A stretch of 64,000 nucleotides of DNA from a virus: the IMG/VR virus record IMGVR_UViG_3300032308_002246, positions 32,001 to 96,000 of that record; one strand, given 5' to 3'. The translations under genes were made by a program, and so were the position numbers. The notes below the pieces were generated by a model, which worked only from the letters and a program-made list of their open reading frames with translations, searched no databases and was not told the origin of the DNA. Positions within the stretch are counted from its first letter, which is position 1, and every line of letters starts with the position of its first letter. Positions 59,001-64,000 of this stretch are shown piece after piece.

Positions 59001-62000
59001 AAGATTTGTTAGTGCAACTGCATAGTTGATTTCTTCTTGCAATTCAGAAACTTTTTCTAAATCTCTTTCAATTCTTGCAATTTTCTTACGCTCAAGTGCG
59101 TCCATGATGTCGTCTTTTATTTCTACAACATACTTATCAAACTTTTGCAGATTTTTTAAAAGTGATTCATCGCTGAGCTTTGGAATTTCTTCTTTAATTT
59201 TTCTGCCAGCTATAGAAGAAATTTTTCTCATTTCTTCTGCTGTATCTATGGAGTCAAGTAAATCAATATCTTCTTTTGTTAGTTCGTCAATCATTGCTCT
59301 CTGTAGAGAGTCGGCAAGCGCATTGTTGGCTTCATCCGAGCCCCTTGGGTACCCAGCAATAGTGTCTGTTTCAGGAGTTAGTTCAAGCCCACTTAGTCTT
59401 GGTCGCTCTGGTGATGGTGCTGCGTCTAGTCCTGTCCCACGAAGTCTTGGGCGCTCAGTCGGTGCTCCTGGTGTTATTGCAGTTCCACGCAATCTAGGTC
59501 TCTCTGCAGGGGTTTCTGTCGTTAAACCAGTCCCACGAAGTCGTGGTCTTTCTGGTGATGATTCTGGTGGAGAAACTCTTATTCTTGGTCTTTCTGTAGG
59601 TGTTTCTGCAGATGTTGTCGGTGGAGAAACTCTTATTCTTGGTCTTTCAATTCTTGATGCAGGGCTTCCGTCGCCACGGTCAAAAACTACACCATCTTCT
59701 CCATCATCAATTGAATCAAAAGATTCATCAAAACCATCAAAATCAACAAAGGAGTCTCCTGTCGACATTCTTCCAACAGGTGCGCTGTAGAAAATCCTGC
59801 TAAAAGGTTTATCTTTTAGAGTCCTATCTTGACCTTTTAAATCGTCGACAGACTCGGCTGCCCTTATTGACTCCGTCCATTTTGCATTGGCCATTGAGCC
59901 AACAGGCCCATTGTCAATCACCATGGAGTCTTGCAACTTTCTCATTGCAATCTGTTCTTGTCTTCTTACAGTTTGTCTATCTGTGCCAAGTCTTGCTGCG
60001 GCTTCTTGGAGAGTCTCCCCATCAAGTCTTCTCTTCATCAAATCTGTTTGTTCGTCGGTAAGAGTTGAAGCAGGGTCATCAAGCATTCTTCTTGTTACTC
60101 TGTTTGGACTGTTCTCATCCATGCCACGAAGTTTTGACATGTGTCTAAGCTCAAGCTGTCTTGCTTTTTGTCTTGAAACTTTGAATCTCGAAGCCGCTTC
60201 TTCAAGTGAAATTCCATCATTTTCTCTTGCAAGGAATATTTGTCGTCCAAGTTTTTCTTCTCTAAGAAGTCTTTTTTCTCTTGCTGTAAGAATCGAGTCG
60301 TTTGGCAAGGAAGACATTGCTCCACGTGGGGAATCAACATCAATTACTCCTGCTTCTTCAGGTCTCATTACATATGGGAGGTCTCTGTTATTTCTTCTTC
60401 CCATTTCATTTATGTATCTCTCAACGGTTCTAGGAGAAATTTTAAACTTACGGGCTACTTGTTCATAAGCTCTTTTTGTATTTTTATCTTTTGATACAGT
60501 ATTGAATTCATTGAATACTTTTTCCGCAGTATCCATGTCAACTGGTCGTTGGTCTTGTGGGAATCTTCTTCCATCAGCCATGCGACCTACAGGACCACTA
60601 GATGCTCTCTGTGGGACTCTTTGTGGAACTGGTGTTCTAGTTGGAACAGGAACTCTCTCAGGTTCTCTCTGTGGCACTCGTTCAGGAACTCGTTGCGGTT
60701 CTCTCTGTGGAACACGCTCAGGAACTCTTTCTGGTTTTCTTTCAGGAACAGTTGCTGGTCTTGCTGGTTTAATTGCTGGCTTGGCTGGTTGTACTTCTGG
60801 AATTTCTTCCGGAACTTCAACTGGTCTTGGGACAGCAGGCATGTCTGCTTCGCCAGGTCTCTTGGCGCGTCTTGGTTTAGATACGCCTCTCTTGCCTCGA
60901 GACCTTGGTGCTTTTGGGATATCAAAATCACTCCCAGGAGTTGGGTCAACTACGCCACGCCCTCTGTTGATAGTTGGAATTCCTTCAAGAACATATAGGT
61001 CGTTATCAGCGTTACGGGCAGTAAACGCATTCATATTTCTTGGTGTTCTCCCAATTGCATTACCAATAGCTTTTTGTTCAAAAGAATCCAATACATTTGA
61101 TAAAGCTTTATAAGCAGCAACACTGACTTTGTCAATGTCTGGAATAACAATTCCGTTTTCTAAAACTTTTACATCAAATGAATGGTATTCAGCAATTGTG
61201 TTGATTATTTCAAAAGCTTCAATTTTCTCTGCATTATCTTCTGGCTCCAAGAAAAGATGTTCGCCTCTATTTGCAGACTTAAACTCTTCAAGTGTGCTTA
61301 GATGATTTGGAACCGAGCATAATGTTTCACCTTTTGCGCAATCGTCACAACATGCTTCATGTGGAACAGCAGCCGAAGACATTGCGTCGTAAAGACTTCC
61401 ATTTGTTTGTGGCATGGATATGACCATTGCACTAGGTGTTCCACTGTCACCGATACGACTTCCGTTTGAATTATTTGTAGGTATATAGACGGTTTCTGGT
61501 TTTACTTGTTGCGCCGTTCCGAACATAAACTCATCACCATCAAAGTGGTAAGCGACTCTTAGTGTCTCAACAGCCTGACCGGCACCCATCTCAAAAATTG
61601 CAATGTCGTTATCGGCGTTAACTAGTCTTACCGCTCCGCCAAAGTGTGAAGCAAGTGCTCTTGTCAGGTCAGCCGCTCTTCCAACTACTGAGTTTTCTGA
61701 ACTGTTCATTGCCTCGTAAATTGCGCTTACATGGTTTTTTGTTTCCGAGCTTTCGCTGTCGTCTTTTTTCTTTGTATTGCTATAACGCTCAAGGAGTCTT
61801 CTTCCTTTTGCAGCAAGTTTTGCAGCGTCTTCCATATTCTTTGGAACTGGCTCACCCCATGCAGCCGCCGAAAGAGCAAGTCTTGTTGGTTCTCCATTTG
61901 GCTTTTTCATTGGGCCAGATGGGTTTGTAAAAAATCTTGTGAGAAATGAACCCTTGCGGCGCATCTTTTCTGGTGTGTCAGCTGGACCCTTAACGCCAGG

Positions 62001-62651
62001 CTTTAGATTTGCTCCTTCTGTTCTCTTGAAATGAGCACGACCGGCTGCGGTTAAACCGCCCTTTGGGTCTCTTAGCGGCTGACGTTTTACATCTATCCCA
62101 TCTTTGTTTTCGTTAACAGCTTCATCCGATTTTATTGAAATAGTGCCGGTCAGCTGGTTTGCTCCATGGAGAACAGGAGAAACTTCGTAAAGCTCAACTT
62201 CTTTTAAGAGATTGGCTTGCTGGGTTGGGTCAAAAACTGCATCAAGAGTTTTGTAGCCTATTGACCACTCCTGCTCAAGACCAAAGAATGACACATTTGC
62301 AAATGCCTCACGGCCTCTTTCGGCTTTGAGGTTAAATTGCACTCTTGCGTAAAGGCCACCTATTCCAGCCTTTCTCATCTTCGCAGGAAGACGAGGGTCA
62401 TTTGGACCAACTTCATAGATTTCTAAAACTTTGCCAATTGGCTCATTCCAATTGTGACCCCATACGACCCGAGGTTTTCTTCTTTTCAGGGAGTTCGTGA
62501 AACATCCTGGAAGGCAAATATCGCCGACGGAGTCCTTGTTGCCAACACCAGCAGCGAAGCACTCGACTATGCCAAGAGCCTCGTCAATATTGAATTGCCC
62601 TGTCAGGGACTTGTATTCGTAGTCAGCTGCTGTTTCGTGTGTGTTAGTCAT
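53085..62651 (-). CDS. HK97-type prohead protease fused to a ~3000-aa multidomain extension
   Basis: N-terminal ~170 aa: D..GDI..PG.F, VWGHNWNEPIGK, EWSIGY, LYEVSPVLHGAN (peptidase S78/U35). Then DUF6321-like (KGGLTAAGR...RRKGSF..RF), DPTPG module, sigma4-like HTHs, WYL-like domain and 13 linker motifs. ATG at 62651 with AGGTG RBS. Confidence 0.88.
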   Translation of the reverse strand: MTNTHETAADYEYKSLTGQFNIDEALGIVECFAAGVGNKDSVGDICLPGCFTNSLKRRKPRVVWGHNWNEPIGKVLEIYEVGPNDPRLPAKMRKAGIGGLYARVQFNLKAERGREAFANVSFFGLEQEWSIGYKTLDAVFDPTQQANLLKEVELYEVSPVLHGANQLTGTISIKSDEAVNENKDGIDVKRQPLRDPKGGLTAAGRAHFKRTEGANLKPGVKGPADTPEKMRRKGSFLTRFFTNPSGPMKKPNGEPTRLALSAAAWGEPVPKNMEDAAKLAAKGRRLLERYSNTKKKDDSESSETKNHVSAIYEAMNSSENSVVGRAADLTRALASHFGGAVRLVNADNDIAIFEMGAGQAVETLRVAYHFDGDEFMFGTAQQVKPETVYIPTNNSNGSRIGDSGTPSAMVISMPQTNGSLYDAMSSAAVPHEACCDDCAKGETLCSVPNHLSTLEEFKSANRGEHLFLEPEDNAEKIEAFEIINTIAEYHSFDVKVLENGIVIPDIDKVSVAAYKALSNVLDSFEQKAIGNAIGRTPRNMNAFTARNADNDLYVLEGIPTINRGRGVVDPTPGSDFDIPKAPRSRGKRGVSKPRRAKRPGEADMPAVPRPVEVPEEIPEVQPAKPAIKPARPATVPERKPERVPERVPQREPQRVPERVPQREPERVPVPTRTPVPQRVPQRASSGPVGRMADGRRFPQDQRPVDMDTAEKVFNEFNTVSKDKNTKRAYEQVARKFKISPRTVERYINEMGRRNNRDLPYVMRPEEAGVIDVDSPRGAMSSLPNDSILTAREKRLLREEKLGRQIFLARENDGISLEEAASRFKVSRQKARQLELRHMSKLRGMDENSPNRVTRRMLDDPASTLTDEQTDLMKRRLDGETLQEAAARLGTDRQTVRRQEQIAMRKLQDSMVIDNGPVGSMANAKWTESIRAAESVDDLKGQDRTLKDKPFSRIFYSAPVGRMSTGDSFVDFDGFDESFDSIDDGEDGVVFDRGDGSPASRIERPRIRVSPPTTSAETPTERPRIRVSPPESSPERPRLRGTGLTTETPAERPRLRGTAITPGAPTERPRLRGTGLDAAPSPERPRLSGLELTPETDTIAGYPRGSDEANNALADSLQRAMIDELTKEDIDLLDSIDTAEEMRKISSIAGRKIKEEIPKLSDESLLKNLQKFDKYVVEIKDDIMDALERKKIARIERDLEKVSELQEEINYAVALTNLGEDTLEEVRKEIAKRGLGSGPVGRMSSYERALPDGFASEVFDSTGRKKSYLKQNDSDDAELDEYLPNIINSFLSNFSVTGEPYSGINAPDGPSGAVKAINRIISNDNNEESSYPEKLMRNVYSSFGNSSIEQIAKDNDISRNDVVKIVKAQATILSATETPERSEMRYLMREHGYLLDGTDRDIMSQKLYGATNADIAKDFNLRIDDVDSRLTKSLRTLRKADGSTSKPPSVSNTRYGVDDEGFFVEADASDGSLYRKYIGKTELDNEINEYLSDGPIGAMAIRQNKKVRIYANADDGIVEEYDFTEDLADGVPMQEKPYLRRVRGFNQPELHEMLGRKLLAEDGGYNYMVVDTPEYSFVTQTEAQAMARAAERGMFLDDEMFPQGLFLNSDGTEELRPIPIQTSPREGLRVVSWNDRAGYDGEPSYFRLGGTVFATSDMSESWDEDERNAKRVARNKKLRRLESGPDEKFWTMDSWKWRFQGSDDLSVTKSPNTPDFGPSVIEKIHTLRNSPDFDALRATVNSKDKKDLTGPEKNYSVLSDMYYQYAKNGGLSDRQWSYASSLIDKFESGDGGYTLAPGEEAVLKVNKETGELLGADPEDAKRLVNAARMLEQDDAEIEKILYRYDIDGGLMPEQWDRLRNLTKQRMAENRAARQTGQTSTRPSSPTVGVSEPAIDKSEVEDDGKFVSTYVNKLTGEITKYQHKNVGSNSTGPVFLVAEDDNGNLVKWNHPVAGDLFSYEDWPQEELGEIFDETTEKIRTQRGRHPATDGVFISAKPWEIEADIRTKAGETVTAQEIKAEYEKLGLYGLGSDSSAPVIETDTEIILGKNFTESDIKKAVNDASDSGLGISFEYLKPDADRPEKRTVTEPRYEERFGRDGELLGAYIVGIDEKDGKEKNFRTDRMYGRKSEKPKPEAEAQDETGQRRPRREPRGERRPRNESTSRPTEEDSGNRRPREEQPGQQERTPPREEQARPKERQTERQKRTADIVAQTTALRRGARDRTLFISLDDNQGTVANTLATADRDVIDAEFPYGNKVYAVELVKFVKNADGNVSLHATDKADGQRKIFDPYMIAVRSTAEPIPTSLPYSLDELSRRIGGDRRSFAVSSASDIAAYNRAKEKLARASRQNQINSFDTGPVGSLGLNAARVPNYSPTEFWKPNKHDSTYASMPNAQRKAESQRLLSRILNSANRNDSQLNDVLDRYAALERIMKTANGPYVDEFGVSITRLENGEYEISGTMPFDPEMNSSPFGKMGRYVRPRDTEERKIDDSYNIQIYNELTDLLSSVPEGQAIAQLAQRHSTSQQNIRRRLNVVDRERANEIRSLDAVDEIISQLESGDITFDELEMRIDSDMSPRQLIKNIDYAYREMNLSYDDFGPIGAMSGKNVSDMSDDELVSAWNDAMEKLFGSYGRPHRKDRAAKSAIMKELKSVGREIQRRYFDSEDAQAAIREIQQNPPQGPVGLMSSGSMPENPISGSRHVDRRLYEVYGDDNWKIVAEQIGKRFSTIEDRDWENPTDDDLIDIHHYLTQRIFDSQMSGDEMGEMDGMPYDILSVAGDLDISANQVVDYSKKGKEILEARMAALMTPFERAERMIQNDRRKTFERLIARRRAELGDGFSDWFQSATERNKNILYDANGNERSVEEIDDLGGPYAGYFSYGQETTEPDIDVDTAREIEELNKLFNSPPYGSDGGDGGPVGAMGRRFVPQRYDIKPTQDGKWVIIDTANRNVTASRPFDSRLEALSGAKRMDRNDRTFNPFAPSRVSSQNPPQRQEQPQNPIIESGVFENEQPELPFDDGPAGEMRRIPGSRYVSNDPVRRNGARVTKGNAEAAIREYEEGDAVLPYGGAEEASEYMLFSGWTASDAALDTIIGRLEYLSRMRTHAGDARDKKKAEVRKLVSYLPKLQKRRNWFYLQLRRQMLENRDVDGVSQIDAMEKTRSGVSLEDPTRLYSSNFPRYNIPGITVPRDRG
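59380..59655 (-). repeat. Six imperfect tandem peptide repeats (ERPRIRVSPP / ERPRLRGT)
   Basis: Visible in translation and in DNA (e.g. repeated GGTGGAGAAACTCTTATTCTTGGTCTTTC on the + strand). Confidence 0.85.
60600..60760 (-). repeat. Tandem tetrapeptide repeats (PERV/PQRE/PQRV)
   Basis: VPERKPERVPERVPQREPQRVPERVPQREPERVPVPTRTPVPQRVPQR; 12-nt periodic DNA. Confidence 0.85.
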
Positions 62652-62710
62652 GGTCACCTAGTTATCAATGATAAACGAGTCGTATCTGTTTTTGTGAAGC
62701 TATTTGGTTT

Positions 62711-62743
62711 GTTTATATAAACTTAGTTGAATTTATATAAACT
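62711..62743. promoter_or_regulatory. Two palindromic TTTATATAAA boxes upstream of the protease gene
   Basis: GTTTATATAAAC (62711-62722) and TTTATATAAACT (62732-62743), 20 bp apart. Confidence 0.45.
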
Positions 62744-63998
62744 AGTCTTTATCAAACCTCAACCTACACCTGCAATTGATTGTTAGGTGCGGTGGGGCAA
62801 ATGGGTCTCCAGGGAATCTGAGCAAGTTGCCACCCATATCAAACGCTTCTAAAACACCAACTGACTTGCCATGTAAACCGGCATGTTCTGGTCTAACTTT
62901 CGGGTCTTTTTCTGTAATCCATGTCTTTGTCATTGCGCCAATTGAACGCCCAGACAAATAGGTTCCTGCGTTGTATGCGGTTTGACCTTCATGCTCGGCG
63001 ATAAGTCTTTTGCGCTTCATCAAAAGATTTATAAAAATTGCTACAAGAGCAGCCTTGAGCATTCCAACTTTGTCTTCCCCGTCGGACATTGATGATGCAA
63101 CAAGAACGGCTGCGGCAACTTCTGCAGCCGTGGTGGAGTTCACATTCTCCATTCGCTCCATCTGTGAATCAAGATGCTCTTTTACCGCATCCTCATCCAT
63201 CTCCGCCTGCATTGATGCTTCCTGAGAAACGACACTTGATGCGTCGTTCATTATTCCGCTGAGAATTGGTCTTATGTCCTCATTGAGTTGCTTGTTCCAT
63301 ACAGCGATGTCAAATATCGCCTCTGGGTCAAGTGACTTTGATTCAATATTCTTTCTTGCTTTGCTTCCAGCAGCTTTTTCCATGATTACTCTCTGCTGTC
63401 TTTCAAAGAATCTTTCAAGTGATGCATCAAGTATTTCAATCCATCTATCAGATGACTCCTCCGCCTTTGAATCCCACTCGTCGGATATATAGGAGCTAGC
63501 CCCTTCGGCTTTTGTTTGTGGCCCACCCATTGCTGTTGCTTGTTGAGCGGCGATTGCTTCTGCAGTCAAAGCCGCAGTCATACCTTCGCCTGGGCCACCT
63601 TGAGGAGCTACTTGAGGACCAAATCCGGGAACTGGCATTTCTTGTGGAGTTGCAGTTGCTCCAGGTGTTGGAGGCATTCCGGGAACTGGTGGCATTCCAG
63701 GAACTGGAGCACCGCCACCCATCATGTCAAGTTGTCCTTGTTGTGCAGGTTCAAACTTTTTGTTTGTGTATCCGATTGGTGTCAAGTTTGGATTAGCAAG
63801 CATTGCGTCCATTAGTTCGGAGTCAATCTTTCCGCGCCCAGCACCTTCTCTATATTCGTTTCCACTTATTAAACCACTCTGGTATTCGTTTAACAAATAT
63901 CTATCTCGTTCTTGCTTGTAGAGAACTAGAACAGGAACATCGGTAACGTCAAAGTCAACATAGTATTTTGAATGAAGTTCGTCTAATCCACGGGCCAG
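62742..63998 (-). CDS. Portal protein C-terminus fused to a MuF/gp7-like head morphogenesis domain; 5'-truncated by the window edge
   Basis: Frame is open to the edge (LARGLDEL...VDFDVTDVPVL...GLISGNEYR, portal-like), followed by a Pro-rich linker and KTW....D.KVR.EH..LHG...LRFPGDP.AP....INCRC (MuF). Confidence 0.85.
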   Translation of the reverse strand: MARGLDELHSKYYVDFDVTDVPVLVLYKQERDRYLLNEYQSGLISGNEYREGAGRGKIDSELMDAMLANPNLTPIGYTNKKFEPAQQGQLDMMGGGAPVPGMPPVPGMPPTPGATATPQEMPVPGFGPQVAPQGGPGEGMTAALTAEAIAAQQATAMGGPQTKAEGASSYISDEWDSKAEESSDRWIEILDASLERFFERQQRVIMEKAAGSKARKNIESKSLDPEAIFDIAVWNKQLNEDIRPILSGIMNDASSVVSQEASMQAEMDEDAVKEHLDSQMERMENVNSTTAAEVAAAVLVASSMSDGEDKVGMLKAALVAIFINLLMKRKRLIAEHEGQTAYNAGTYLSGRSIGAMTKTWITEKDPKVRPEHAGLHGKSVGVLEAFDMGGNLLRFPGDPFAPPHLTINCRCRLRFDKD

Positions 63999-64000
63999 AG

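Noticed and set aside
59380-60760. DNA repeats as a CRISPR array
   Set aside because: In-frame coding repeats with no constant repeat-spacer structure and no cas genes.
18217-62651. Linker Met residues as internal translation starts
   Set aside because: Several copies have non-start codons at that position (e.g. GTT, ATT, GTA, ATA), codons upstream vary freely and there is no consistent SD at the right spacing; conservation is at peptide level.
18217-62651. GPxG motifs as collagen repeats, inteins or 2A-like skip sites
   Set aside because: They are isolated hexamers without Gly-X-Y runs, lack C/S...HN splice ends, and do not match DxExNPGP.
18902-63921. Numerous + strand and alternate-frame ORFs of 60-250 aa within the minus-strand genes
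   Set aside because: Antisense shadows of long coding frames with no motifs or RBS.

Overview
This window is part of a large tailed dsDNA phage genome with an HK97-type head and the standard genetic code. The host is probably an actinobacterium, inferred from WhiB, an MSMEG_6728-like gene, a DUF6011-like gene and SigA-type leaderless promoters. The left ~16.5 kb is accessory: a 5'-truncated class II ribonucleotide reductase, four 2OG-Fe(II) oxygenases, three SAM methyltransferases, a glycosyltransferase, an AurF-like diiron protein, a tRNA(CAU), WhiB, a lytic transglycosylase behind a structured leader, and a thermonuclease. The right ~47.5 kb is one minus-strand head module: portal-MuF fusion (truncated), a 3190-aa prohead protease fusion, ~35 kb of large genes (499, 852, 1748, 687, 1466 and 5345 aa) and the major capsid protein. 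The main finding is that four of the large proteins are punctuated by 33 hand-counted copies of a linker [GSA]-[PA]-x-G-x-[MIVL] (e.g. GPVGKM). The linker falls at domain boundaries of cargo units (ClpC N-domain, NUDIX, zeta-like kinase, WYL, HTH arrays, OGFr-like, zincin peptidases). The proteins also share short leader modules (a DPTPG module and an RC..FTN..C module). This suggests a modular capsid-packaged polyprotein or cargo-loading system, with candidate processing zincins and PepSY regulators in the same operon. All domain calls are by-eye motif recognition; no searches were run.
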